Below are positions 39,439 to 52,346 of a DNA stretch of 64,000 nt, one piece after another. Source of the DNA: Candidatus Eiseniibacteriota bacterium (GTDB lineage: Bacteria; Eisenbacteria; RBG-16-71-46); assembly GCA_963776245.1 (NCBI GenBank), contig CAVZLN010000003.1, positions 1 to 64,000 of the forward strand, in the 5' to 3' direction. Under the pieces are notes generated by a model that saw only the letters and a list, made by a program, of their open reading frames with translations, was not told where the DNA came from and made no database searches. Both the position numbers and the translations under genes were made by a program. Positions within the stretch are counted from its first letter, which is position 1, and each line of letters starts with the position of its first letter.

Positions 39439-40815
39439 ATGTCGCAGGGCCGCCCGGCAGGGAGGCAGGGAAGCCCCATGAAGCAGGAGTACATCGATTT
39501 CAGGCAGCTGCTCGAGCGCCTGCTGCCGCTCGAACGTCTGCCTGCCGCCGACCGGCTGCGCGTGCAGCGCGCCCTCACCTCGGGGGTCGCCCAGCAGATC
39601 GAGGCGGCCGCGATGATCGCTCTCGCCCAGCTCGAGCAGTTGGGTGCGCTGCGGCGGATCCCCGCGGTCGCGAACGCCCACGGCCCGGTGGTGCGCTACC
39701 AGAACGACGTCGGCATCGACGTGATCACCGTCCCGGTGCCGGGTCCGCGGGAGCAGGCGGGCGTGCGGATCCACCCGCGATCGCTGCTGCCCGCCCAGGC
39801 CCAGGCGAGCCTCGAACAGGTGCGCCGCCTGCTCCGCCTCGACGATCCGATGCTGCTCGCCGATCCGCGGCAGTCGATCGGCCACGAGGCGCTCATCGTC
39901 CAGGTCGATCTCGCCGGGCGCGAGTTCCTCGGCGCCAGCGCGGCCCGGCTCGTGGTCGCCACCGACGACGAGGAGGAGCCCGGGGCCCCGCCCTTCGACG
40001 CGGCGCTGGTCGACGCGGCACGGCAACACCCCGACGATCTCTACTACTGCCCCGACACTGCCCGCGCGCCGGCCCTCGCCGCCGCCGGGCGCCGCCTCGG
40101 CGTGGGAGCGCTGGTGGTGGTGGCAGTGGTGGCGGCCGGCGGCGAGACGCTCGGCCACCTCGAGGTGCTCAGCGAGGGGCGCCAGGTGTTCGCGCCCGAG
40201 GACCTGTCGCTCATCGCGCTGCTCGCCGACTCGTGCGGCCGCGCGCTCGAACGCGCGGCGCGCATCGAGAAGCTGGTGTTCGTGGACCCGCTCACCTCGG
40301 TGTACAACCGCTCGTACTTCGACCTGCAGGTGTCCAACGAGATGGCGCGCGCGCAGCGCGATCGCACCTCGATGGCGCTGCTGCTCGCCGACATCGACGA
40401 GTTCAAGGCGGTCAACACCGCGTTCGGCTACGAGGCCGGCAACCAGGTGCTGGTGCAGGTGGCGCAGGCGCTGCGCCACGCGGTGCGCCCGTTCGACACC
40501 GTGGCGCGCTGGGGCGGCGAGGAGTTCACCCTGCTGCTCACTCCGCCGGTGGAGGCGGACGACGCAGCCACCATCTCGGAGCGGCTGCGCACCATCATCG
40601 AGCGCCTGCCGGTGCGCATCGAGGGCCTCGATCGCCGCTCGCACCGCGTGAGCATCACCATGAGCGTCGGCGTCGCGATGTTCCCCGAGCACGCCGACAA
40701 TCCGCAGGAGCTGTGGCGCGCGGCCAACCACGCCCTGCTGCGCGCGAAGCGCCCGCCCAAGAACCAGGTGGTGTTCTACCAGCCGCAGGCCGATCCGAAG
40801 CTCCGGATCCGCTGA
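39439..40815 (+). CDS. GAF-GGDEF diguanylate cyclase
   Basis: DPLTSVYNR, DIDEFKAVN, RPFD I-site and RWGGEEF A-site; alternative start at 39478. Confidence 0.93.
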   Translation: MSQGRPAGRQGSPMKQEYIDFRQLLERLLPLERLPAADRLRVQRALTSGVAQQIEAAAMIALAQLEQLGALRRIPAVANAHGPVVRYQNDVGIDVITVPVPGPREQAGVRIHPRSLLPAQAQASLEQVRRLLRLDDPMLLADPRQSIGHEALIVQVDLAGREFLGASAARLVVATDDEEEPGAPPFDAALVDAARQHPDDLYYCPDTARAPALAAAGRRLGVGALVVVAVVAAGGETLGHLEVLSEGRQVFAPEDLSLIALLADSCGRALERAARIEKLVFVDPLTSVYNRSYFDLQVSNEMARAQRDRTSMALLLADIDEFKAVNTAFGYEAGNQVLVQVAQALRHAVRPFDTVARWGGEEFTLLLTPPVEADDAATISERLRTIIERLPVRIEGLDRRSHRVSITMSVGVAMFPEHADNPQELWRAANHALLRAKRPPKNQVVFYQPQADPKLRIR

Positions 40816-40828
40816 TCCGCGCGCGATC

Positions 40829-42067
40829 TCAGGCGGGCGCGGCGGGCGGACGGCGCTCGAGCAGCCCGGCGAGCCGGCCCGCGGCGAGGATGAGCACCAG
40901 CGGGCGCACCGGTTCGAAGTAGCGCGAATTGGTGTAGAACACCGCCAGCGCGAGCGCGTTCAGCACCAGCGCCACCAGCATCGCGCCCGCCAGCGTGCGC
41001 GGCCCGGACCCGGCGCGCAGACCCTCCAATCCGGCCGGCACCGCCAGCGCGTAGAGCGCCAGCAGCGCCACGAAGAACCCCACCCGGAGGGCCGCGCGGT
41101 CCTCCGAGACCACCGGCAGGAAGCACAGCCGCCAGAATCGCTTGAGCGCGATCCCGGCGCTGCGCCCGAAGTCGGCGCGCCAGTTCTCGAGGCCGGCGTG
41201 GAGCAGCGCGCGGTCCACCTCGAGGGCGTCGGGCTCGTGACCGAGCCGGTGCGCCTCGGCCTCGAGCACGCGCCCGCGCAGGGCGGGCCACCGCGAGTTG
41301 ATCCAGCGCCCGTCGGTCTCGGGCGTGGTGCCCATGTAGAACAGCTCGCCGCCGCCGGTGGAGACCGGGATGAAGGCCTGGAACACGACCGCGTTGCGGA
41401 GGGTCCACGGCGCGAGCACCAGCGCCGCGCCGAGCGCAAGCGCCGCGAGCCGGGGCACGTCGGCGCGCAGCTCGCGGCGGCGGTGGATCAGCCAGCCGAG
41501 CACGATGCCCGCGAGCGGCGCGAGCCCGTTGGGGCGCACCATGGCGGCGGCGCCGGTGGCGATCCCGGTGAGCAGCGCGCGACCCGCCGACGGCGCGGAC
41601 GCGAAGCGCACGAACGCCGCCACGGTGAGCATGACGCACAGCGTGAACAGCGGCTCGGTCTGCAGGAAGCGGCTCTCGCGGAAGAACGGCGGCCACGTCA
41701 GCGCGAGCAGGAAGGCGAGCATGCCGGCGCGCCGCGACTCGAACACGCGCGTCGCGACCCAGCCCACCAGGAAGATGGTCCCGGCGTCGAACAGACCCTG
41801 GAACATCACCGCCACGCGGCGCGCGTCGCCGAACACGGCGTAGATGCCGGCGAGGGTGAGCGGCCAGCCGGGCGGCTTCCAGACCCACGGGCCGTCGCCG
41901 TTCGAGTATCCGGTGCCCGCGATCAGGCTGCGCGCCACGCGGTCGTAGAGCATCTCGTCGCCCGTGAACGGCATCTGGGGGTGGACCGATGCCACCAGCA
42001 GCGCGGTGCGGGCCGCGACGAGGGCGATGCCGAGGGCGAGGAGCGACCTCACGGGGATGGGGCGCAT
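40829..42067 (-). CDS. GT-C (ArnT/PMT-like) glycosyltransferase
   Basis: GDEMLYDRVARSL, KPPGWP, LQTEPLF, AMVRPN, PWTLRN and SRYFEP motifs. Confidence 0.82.
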   Translation of the reverse strand: MRPIPVRSLLALGIALVAARTALLVASVHPQMPFTGDEMLYDRVARSLIAGTGYSNGDGPWVWKPPGWPLTLAGIYAVFGDARRVAVMFQGLFDAGTIFLVGWVATRVFESRRAGMLAFLLALTWPPFFRESRFLQTEPLFTLCVMLTVAAFVRFASAPSAGRALLTGIATGAAAMVRPNGLAPLAGIVLGWLIHRRRELRADVPRLAALALGAALVLAPWTLRNAVVFQAFIPVSTGGGELFYMGTTPETDGRWINSRWPALRGRVLEAEAHRLGHEPDALEVDRALLHAGLENWRADFGRSAGIALKRFWRLCFLPVVSEDRAALRVGFFVALLALYALAVPAGLEGLRAGSGPRTLAGAMLVALVLNALALAVFYTNSRYFEPVRPLVLILAAGRLAGLLERRPPAAPA

Positions 42068-43641
42068 GTCGGGGGGGACTATGCCCACGCGGCGCGGACA
42101 CCGCAAGGAACACCGCGCGTGCGTGGGGGTGTTCGACGCGGCGGGAGGTGGGCCGGATCCTACGGGGTGCTAGTACCCACACGCACCCCTTCGGACCCGG
42201 CCCACCTCCCGCCGCGCCGCGCCCCGCATGATCGACGCATGATGGGCGGCATGATCGGCGGCTGGACCGCAGGCGCCCGGAATCGTAAGGTCCCGCGCGC
42301 CGCACCGGAACGCGCATGGCCACCCGGGGAGGGAATCGTGAACGCCCTGTTCCACCGCGTGAGCTACTACCTGGCGCAGCGCGCCCGCGGCGAGGACGTG
42401 GCCGGCGTGCTCCGCGAACTGGAGGCCAGCCAGCGCTGGAGCGCCGAGCGCCTCGACGCCCTGCAGTGGGAACGCCAGCAGGCGCTGGCGCGCCACGCCT
42501 GGGAGACCGCGCCGTGGTGGCGCGAGCGCTGGACCGCCCTCGGCCTGCAGCCCGGGGATCTCCGCACCCGCGCCGACTGGGCGCGCCTGCCCGCGCTCGA
42601 CAAGCGTGAGGTCCAGGAGCACGGCCACGACATGACCTCGAGCCGCGCCCCGCGCGGGCTCAAGGCCGCGACCTCGGGCTCCTCCGGCACCCCGGTGGCG
42701 GTGGTGCGCAGTCACCACTCGTGGGCCCACGCGCACGCCAACGTCATCCGCGGCTGGCACTGGCACGGGATCGAGGTGGGCGAGCGCTACGGCTACTTCT
42801 GGGGAGTGCCCCTCGCCGAGGCGGACCGCCGCGTCGCCGAGCGCAAGGACCGCTTCTTCAATCGCGAGCGCGTCTCCGCGTTCACGCTCGACCCGGAGCG
42901 GGCGCGCGCCGCGCACGCCCGTCTGCTGGCGCGCGGCACGCGCTGGGCGTTCGGCTACCCGTCGGCCCTCACGCTGTTCGCCGAGGAGGTGCTGGCGCAG
43001 CGGCTCGATGGCCGCGCGCTGCGGTGGAAGGCCGTGGTGACCACCGCCGAGGTGCTCCACCCCCATCAGCGCGAACGCATCCACGACGTGTTCGGGTGCG
43101 CGGTGGTGGACTCCTACGGCTGCGCCGAGGCCGGCGTGGCGGGGTTCGAGTGCGAGCGCGGCGGGATGCACGTGCCGGTGGAGAGCGTGGTGGTGGACAT
43201 CGTCGCCACTTCCGACGGGCTCGAGGAGGTGCTCCTCACCGACCTGCACAACCTCAGCCAGCCGCTGATCCGCTATCGCGTCGGCGACCTGGTCGAGCGC
43301 GCCCCGGCGGGCGAGCGCTGCGAGTGCGGCCGCGGTCTGCCGCTGCTCGGGCGCGTCGGCGGCCGCGCGGGCGACACCCTCGAGCTGCCCGACGGACGGC
43401 GCGTGAACGCCAACCTGCCCTCGTACATCTTCAAGCAGCATGGGAAGGCGGGGACGGTGCGCGAGTACCAGTTCGTGCAGTTCCCCGCCGGCCGCGTCGA
43501 GCTGCGGGTCACCGCCGGCCCGGCGTGGCGCGAGGCCACGCGCGACGAACTGCGCGCGCAGGTGCGCGAGGTGCTGGGGATCGAGGCGTCGGTGGTGCTG
43601 GTCGAGCGCTTCGAGCGCCGCGGCCGCGGCAAGCACCGCGA

Positions 43642-46263
<2,622 letters not shown>

Positions 46264-46286
46264 GCGCGGGACCCTCCGGTGACGCG

Positions 46287-46295
46287 AATCTAGCA
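46287..46295 (-). promoter_or_regulatory. Extended -10 promoter of clpB
   Basis: TG-C-TAGATT, then GGAGGG RBS. Confidence 0.5.
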
Positions 46296-46567
46296 CGGTC
46301 GTGCGGTGCGTCTTCGCATGCCCCAGAGGCAAGCGGCGCGCCGCCCGCACCGCACGCGCCGGGGGCACGCGATCGGCGCGGGTGCGGCACGCGTCAGGCG
46401 GGGCCGGACGACGGTGCGCGCCGTCGCGCGGCCGGGCGGCCGCGTTGCGGAGTGAGGCGGGCGCGTCCCGGAACGTCACGGGGCGCCCGCCTTGGGGCAC
46501 CACGCAGAGCGGGGCGCCGCGCTGACGCGCGACGCCCCGCCCAGGGTCCCGGGGAGAGTGGTGCCGC

Positions 46568-47812
46568 CTACGCGGCCTGATCGAGGTAGGGCACCAGCAG
46601 CGGCAGCACGCGGCGGCCGATGGCCGGGAACTCCATCGCGAAGGTCACGCCGTCGCGCAACGCCTCCCACGACAGGTCGTGCACATCCATGTGCCGGGCC
46701 AGATCGAGCAGCGTGGCGCGGGCGCGGGCACGGTGCCCCTCGGGCACGTCGATCGCGTCGAGGTCGGCAGCGAGCGCGGCCAACGCGAGCGCCGCCGGCG
46801 CTGAGAACGAGCCCACTCCGCCGGCCAGGCGTCGCTCCACCGGGCGGGCGTGGGACGAGAACACCGGGGACATGCGCAGGAAGTCATCCATCGCCCGCTC
46901 CGCCTCGGCCTCGGCCAACGCGGCGTCCTCCGCGACGGCGCGCTCCGCGGAGATCTCCGCGGAAGGCGCGGGGGCGCACACGTCCTCCAGCAGCGCCTCC
47001 ATCTCGGCATTGGTCGTCTCGCGGGCCACCGGCGCAGGGGGCGAAGCGGGTGCCTTCGCTTCGGGCACCGGCGTGGGTGCGACCGCCTCATGCACCGGCG
47101 TGGGCGCCACCGCCTCGAACACCGGCGCGGGCGCGGCTGCCTCGGGAATCGGCGTGGGCGCGACCGCCTCGGCCACCGGCTCATCGTCGCTGAAGCCAAG
47201 CATGTCCTTCAGACGCTGCTTGTGGCTGCCCTTGCGCCCGTTCTTCGCGGCGCGCACGGAGGTCTTGCCCGTGGCGCTCCGGGCCGCGCGCGCCTTGACC
47301 GACTCCACGGGCTCGACCGGTGGCGGTGCGGGCATCTCGAACACCGGAGCACTGGCACGCGCTTCGGCATCGGGCGTGGCTTCACCCGGCGCGGGCACAC
47401 TTGCGGGGGGCGGACCGCCGGGCAGGTCGACGGTCGGGAAGTCGTCCTCGGCGACACCGGGATCGAGGCTCGCCGGGCGCGGGGCTTCGGCGGAGGCCGG
47501 CACGCCCACGCGCTCGATCTCCGCGATCAGCGCGCGCAGGCACACGGCGGCCTCGGCGCACCCACGCTCGTAGCACTCGCGCACCGCCTTGGTCTCCGCC
47601 TTCGAGGACGGCGCGGAGAACGGCACGCGCCGGAAGCGCTCGACGCGCACCGGGTCCCCGGTCCAGATCCGCTGGATGGCGGTCAACGTGTTCTGCCGCC
47701 ACTGCTTGAAGATGGGGTCACGGGTGTTCGCATTGCGCAGGTTGCCCAGCGCTTCGAGCTGCTCCGTCAGCATCCGGATCGCCCGCGCCACCTCGGTGGT
47801 GCGCTCGCTCAT
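46568..47812 (-). CDS. Hypothetical protein: helical N- and C-domains joined by a Pro/Ala/Glu-rich linker
   Basis: GGAGGG RBS; coherent ORF with typical codon use. Confidence 0.8.
   Translation of the reverse strand: MSERTTEVARAIRMLTEQLEALGNLRNANTRDPIFKQWRQNTLTAIQRIWTGDPVRVERFRRVPFSAPSSKAETKAVRECYERGCAEAAVCLRALIAEIERVGVPASAEAPRPASLDPGVAEDDFPTVDLPGGPPPASVPAPGEATPDAEARASAPVFEMPAPPPVEPVESVKARAARSATGKTSVRAAKNGRKGSHKQRLKDMLGFSDDEPVAEAVAPTPIPEAAAPAPVFEAVAPTPVHEAVAPTPVPEAKAPASPPAPVARETTNAEMEALLEDVCAPAPSAEISAERAVAEDAALAEAEAERAMDDFLRMSPVFSSHARPVERRLAGGVGSFSAPAALALAALAADLDAIDVPEGHRARARATLLDLARHMDVHDLSWEALRDGVTFAMEFPAIGRRVLPLLVPYLDQAA
47063..47170 (-). repeat. 4 x 27-bp coding tandem repeat (EAVAPTPVx)
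   Basis: Units start at 47063, 47090, 47117 and 47144, each ending GCCTC on the + strand. Confidence 0.9.
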
Positions 47813-47866
47813 CGCGACATCCCTCCGCGCGGCCACGCGCCGCGAGCCACGAAGGGCGCGCCGGCG

Positions 47867-48475
47867 CTACCAATCCGAGAATCGTTCCTCGTTCCACGGA
47901 TCGGCATCGTTGTGATAGCCGTTCCGCTCCCAGAAGCCCGGTCGGTCCTCGCGCACCAGTTCGATCCCGCGCACCCACTTGACGCTCTTCCAGAAGTAGC
48001 GCCGCGGGACCACGAGACGCAGCGGCCATCCGTGCTCCGCCGTGAGCGGCCGGCCGTCGTGCTGATCCGCGAGCAGGACATCGTCTTCGAGCAGCTCCGC
48101 CAGTGGCAGGTTGGCGCTGAATCCCTGTTCCGCGTGGATCACCACGAACGGCGCTCCGGGCTTCGGTCCCGCGCGCTTCAGCACCTCGCGCACCGAGACA
48201 CCCGACCAGCGGTTGTCGTAGCGGCTCCACCGCGTCACACAATGGATGTCGCTCAGCACCGAGACCCGGGGCAGGCCCTGGAACTCCTTCCAGGTCATTC
48301 CCAGGGGCGTCGCCACCTCGCCGAAGACCCGCAGCTCCCAGGTCGCCAGGTCGGTGGTGGGCACCGAGCCGTGATGCAGCACCGGCCACTTGTCGGTGTG
48401 CACCTGCCCCGGCGGGAGACGCGGCTCCCGTCGCGGGCTGACTCGGTTATCGGCGGGTCCGGGATCGGAGTTCAT
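47867..48475 (-). CDS. Sulfite oxidase-like molybdopterin oxidoreductase
   Basis: RLPPGQ, DIHCVTRWS, EHGWPLRLVVP, WKSVKW and GFWERNGYH motifs. Confidence 0.92.
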   Translation of the reverse strand: MNSDPGPADNRVSPRREPRLPPGQVHTDKWPVLHHGSVPTTDLATWELRVFGEVATPLGMTWKEFQGLPRVSVLSDIHCVTRWSRYDNRWSGVSVREVLKRAGPKPGAPFVVIHAEQGFSANLPLAELLEDDVLLADQHDGRPLTAEHGWPLRLVVPRRYFWKSVKWVRGIELVREDRPGFWERNGYHNDADPWNEERFSDW

Positions 48476-48627
48476 GGGGGACTGGGCCTCCGTGGGCGCG
48501 CCCGGACGCGGGTCCGGGGGCGGCAGGATGGGTGTGGGACATCACTTGGGATGCGGCCGGCGCCCGCCGGGCGCGGCGAGGGTGGGCGGCCGGGACCCGG
48601 CCGGCCGGGGCGCGCGGTCCACGGCCT

Positions 48628-50065
48628 TCATCGCCCCGGCCTCGCGTGCGCGGCGAGCCATTCGCCCAGGATCTCGAGCGCCGCGGGCGCCAGGGTCTCC
48701 TCGATGCGCCCGTACTCGGCCAGGCTCCCGCTGTCCGCGGTCTGGAACAGGTGGTTGAGACCGGGCAGCATGCGCGTCGTGACGTCCCGGTCGCCGCCCT
48801 CGCGCAGCGCCGTCTCGATCGCGGCGAGGTTCGGCTCCCACGCCACCTGGGTGTCCTTCTCCCCGTTGAGCGCGAGCACCGGGCAGCGCACCTGGCGCAG
48901 CACCGGCCGCGGATCGTGGGCGAGGAACCAGCGGAACCACGGCGTGGACAGCCGCCGGACCTGCTCGTCGGTGGCGCGGTCGAGATCGCCGAGCGCCGCG
49001 CGCTCGGGGAGTGCCGCGAGCCCCGCGCGGGTCGCGGCCCGCGCCCGGGCGACCGCGATCGCGGTGTCGGGCTCGGTGCGGATGATCTCGAGCACCTGCG
49101 CGCTCAGCCGGTGCTGGAGCGCGATCGCGGAATCCGAGAATCCCGCGGCGCGCCGCATGTCGTCCCCCTGCCGCAGCATCAACGAGTCCCCGCGCACGCC
49201 CGGTCCGGCCAGCAGCACGATGAACGCCACGCGCGGGTCGCGCGCGGCGACCATCGGCGCGATGAGCGCGCCCTCGCTGTGACCGAGCAGGCCCACGCGC
49301 ATGCCATCGATGCCGGGCTGCCGCATCAGGAAGTCCACCAGCGCCTCGGCATCGCCCGCGAAGTCCTCGGTGGTGGCGCCGGCGAAGCGCCCGGTCGAGC
49401 GGCCCACCCCGCGGTCGTCGGCGCGCAGGACGGCGAAGCCGCGCCGGGTGAGGAAGTCGGCGAGCACCTTGAACGGCCGGTGCCCGAACAGCGTCTCGTC
49501 GCGGTCCTGCGGGCCCGAGCCGGTGATCAGCACGAGCGCCGGATGCGGGTCCCTCGGTGCGCGGCCACGTCAGCGTGCCGGCGAGCGTCACGCCCGCGGC
49601 GGCGCGCGCGACGCTCACCTCCTCCTCGTCGTACGGATAGGGCGGCTGCGGCGTCTGGGGCCGGCGCAATCCCACCGGCTGGTCGGTGCGGCGCATGCCG
49701 AACGGCAGCTCCGCGCCCGCCTGGCGCCACACCCCCGACAGCGAGTCCCCCGCGGGCTCGAGCCGCGCCACGTACGACGCCGCGAGGCCCCGCAGCTCGA
49801 GCCGCAGCGTGTCGGCGGCGAACGTCACGCTCTCGATCGCGAGCCCCACCGCGCCCTGGTCCGGGCTGTCGAGCGTGGCGCGCATCCCGCGCGCCGAGTC
49901 CGCGCTCACGTGGACGACGAGGCGCAGGCCGGCCAGCGTGCCCTTCCACATGCCGAGCGGCGTGCGCTCCACCGCGCGCGCGGGGGCGGCCGGCGCGAGC
50001 GCGAGCAGCGCGGCGAGCGCGCAGAGGCATGCGGCCATGACCTGCCTCGGATACCCCCGGACCAT
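48628..50065 (-). CDS. Exported alpha/beta hydrolase with a +1 frameshift at ~49548
   Basis: Signal peptide, WKGTL...DSPDQG, PYPYDEEEV and TLAGTLT; after an extra C the frame continues LITGSGPQDRDE, GHSEG and GLNHLFQ. Confidence 0.88.
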
Positions 50066-50091
50066 CCCGGTCTCCTCCCGCGGCCCGCGCG

Positions 50092-52101
50092 TCACGTCCG
50101 CGGCTCCAGCCAGCGTTTCAGCCACCCGAGCACCTCGGCGTACCACCGCGCCGAGTTGCGCGGCTTGAGCACCCAGTGGTGTTCGCCGGGGAACACCACC
50201 AGCCGCGCGGGCACGCCCTTGGCCTTGAGCATGCCATAGCACTCGAGTCCCTGCGCAACCGGCACGCGGAAGTCGCGCTCGCCGTGGATCACGAGCATCG
50301 GCGTGGACATGCCGCGCGTGGCGCGTGCCGGGTTGTGCGCGTCGATGCGGTCGAGCCCCGCCCATGGCTCGCCCCCGAACGAGCGCTCGCGGCCCTGCGT
50401 GACGTCGCTCGCGTACTGGGCGAGCGTGTCGTACACCCCGGCGTGATTCACCGCGCACCGGAAGCGGTCGGTGTGCGCCACCACCCAGGTGGCGAGATAG
50501 CCGCCGTACGATCCGCCCGCCACCGCCATGCGCGTGCCGTCCACCAGGCCCGCGCCGACCAGCGCGTCGGTGGCGAGCATCACGTCCTCATACGGACGCT
50601 CGCCCCACGCTCCGAGGATGCGCTCCGCGAACTCCTGCCCCCACGAGGTCGAGCCCTGGAAGTTGACCAGCGCGACCGCGTATCCGGGTGCGGCGAACAG
50701 TTGCGCGTTCCAGCGCGGATGGAACGCGTCGGCGCTCACGCCGTGCGGACCGCCGTGGAGCACGTGCACCAGCGGCGGCCGGTCGCCGGGGGCGTGCCCG
50801 GGCGGGAGCACCACGTACAGGTGCACGCGCTCGCCCGCGGCCCCGGTGAACCACCCCTCGCGCACCTCGCCGGTCGCGAACGCGCGCGTGGCGGCATCGG
50901 TGAAGCGCGTGAGGCGCGCGAGCCCGGCGCCGCTCGCCTCGCACACGTGCACCTCGGCGGGTGCCACGAGCGACTGGAGGGTGAACGCCAGCCGCCCCGC
51001 GCGCGTGACCGCGAGGCCGTTCACCGCGCCCCCGCTCACCACGCGCTCCGGCTCGCCGTGGCCGCGCCAGTGGAACAGCGCGAGTCGCGCCCGGTCCTCC
51101 GCCACCAGCGCGAGCGTGCCGTCGGGCAGGAACTCCCACGCGTCGGGCGAGCGGTCCCAGTCGCCGAGCCACGCGGCGTGCGCGCCGCTCGCGCGGTCGA
51201 AGCGCATCAGACGCACGCGGTCGGCGTAGAAGCCCGGGTCGTGCTGCATGCCGTAGGCGAGCGTCCGGCCGTCGGGCGAGTACCGCGGCCGCAGGTCGTT
51301 CGACGGATGGTCCGGCGTCAGGCAGCGCAGCGCGCCGCCCGCCACCGGCGCCACGAAGATCGCGGAACGCAGCAGCCCGGTCGCGGCGTCAACGATGTGC
51401 CCTTCGAACGCCACCTCGCTCCCGTCGGGCGCCAGGTCGTAGCGCCCGTGCGGGTCCACGCGGTCGAACCACGCGATGGACCCGGGCGTGAGGTCGCGCG
51501 GCGCGCCCCCCGCGAGGTCCACCACGAACAGGTGCGGCACCTCGCCCCCGGTGAGCCAGGTGTCCCAGTGGCGGTAGACGCGCTCCTCGGTGGCGTGCGC
51601 GACCACCGGGTCGCGCGCGCGGCGCTCGAGCTCCGCGCGCGTCGCGGCCGGAGACGCATGGCCCGCGATCACCGGCGCCACGCACACCAGTGCGTCGCCG
51701 CCCGGCAGCCAGCGCGGGTCGAAGCACCCGAGCGGGAAGGTGGTGAGCACCCGGGCCCCGGCGCCTTCGAGTGGCATGACGTGGAGCTGGCCCACGCCGT
51801 CCACCTTGCGCACGAACGCGAGCGTGCGCCCATCGGGCGCCAGCGCCGAATCGAAGCTGGAATGCTCGGGCGCGGTGAGCGCGAGCGGCGCTCCGCCGTC
51901 GAGCGGCACCTGCCACAGCCGGGTGCGCGCCTCGTCGCGCTCGGGATCGAAGGACGTCACCGGCACCACCAGCGTGCGGCCATCGGGCGCCGGGACCGGC
52001 GTGCCGACCCGCGGGATCGCCCACAGGTCCTCCGGGCTCATCGCCCGGGGGCCAGGGCGAGCCGCGTGGAGCAGTCCGATCTCGAGTGCGGGTGGGGTCA
52101 T
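50092..52101 (-). CDS. S9 family peptidase (acylaminoacyl/dipeptidyl peptidase)
   Basis: WD40/PD40-like propeller plus HGGPH, GGSYGG, HGERDFRVP and GEHHW motifs. Confidence 0.93.
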   Translation of the reverse strand: MTPPALEIGLLHAARPGPRAMSPEDLWAIPRVGTPVPAPDGRTLVVPVTSFDPERDEARTRLWQVPLDGGAPLALTAPEHSSFDSALAPDGRTLAFVRKVDGVGQLHVMPLEGAGARVLTTFPLGCFDPRWLPGGDALVCVAPVIAGHASPAATRAELERRARDPVVAHATEERVYRHWDTWLTGGEVPHLFVVDLAGGAPRDLTPGSIAWFDRVDPHGRYDLAPDGSEVAFEGHIVDAATGLLRSAIFVAPVAGGALRCLTPDHPSNDLRPRYSPDGRTLAYGMQHDPGFYADRVRLMRFDRASGAHAAWLGDWDRSPDAWEFLPDGTLALVAEDRARLALFHWRGHGEPERVVSGGAVNGLAVTRAGRLAFTLQSLVAPAEVHVCEASGAGLARLTRFTDAATRAFATGEVREGWFTGAAGERVHLYVVLPPGHAPGDRPPLVHVLHGGPHGVSADAFHPRWNAQLFAAPGYAVALVNFQGSTSWGQEFAERILGAWGERPYEDVMLATDALVGAGLVDGTRMAVAGGSYGGYLATWVVAHTDRFRCAVNHAGVYDTLAQYASDVTQGRERSFGGEPWAGLDRIDAHNPARATRGMSTPMLVIHGERDFRVPVAQGLECYGMLKAKGVPARLVVFPGEHHWVLKPRNSARWYAEVLGWLKRWLEPRT

Positions 52102-52346
52102 GCGGCTCCCGGTTGACGACGGGGTCCGCGCAGCCTATCAGCCGCCGAGCGGCGAGCACAGCGCCGGGCGCGGGTCGCACCACGGTCGGCGATTGAGTAT
52201 GCTGCCGCGTTCCAGAGCACCCAGATCGAACGGGACGGCGATCCGCCAGGCGCGCACCTCGTGCACAACCGCGCCGCGCGCGGCGCGGCCGCCGCCCAGA
52301 CCTCAACCGGAGAACCCCGCCGCCGGGTTCGATCGACAGGATCCCG

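Noticed and set aside
46264..46567. CIRCE/HrcA operator upstream of clpB
   Set aside because: Only TAGCAC is present, overlapping the -10 box; there is no second arm at 9-bp spacing.
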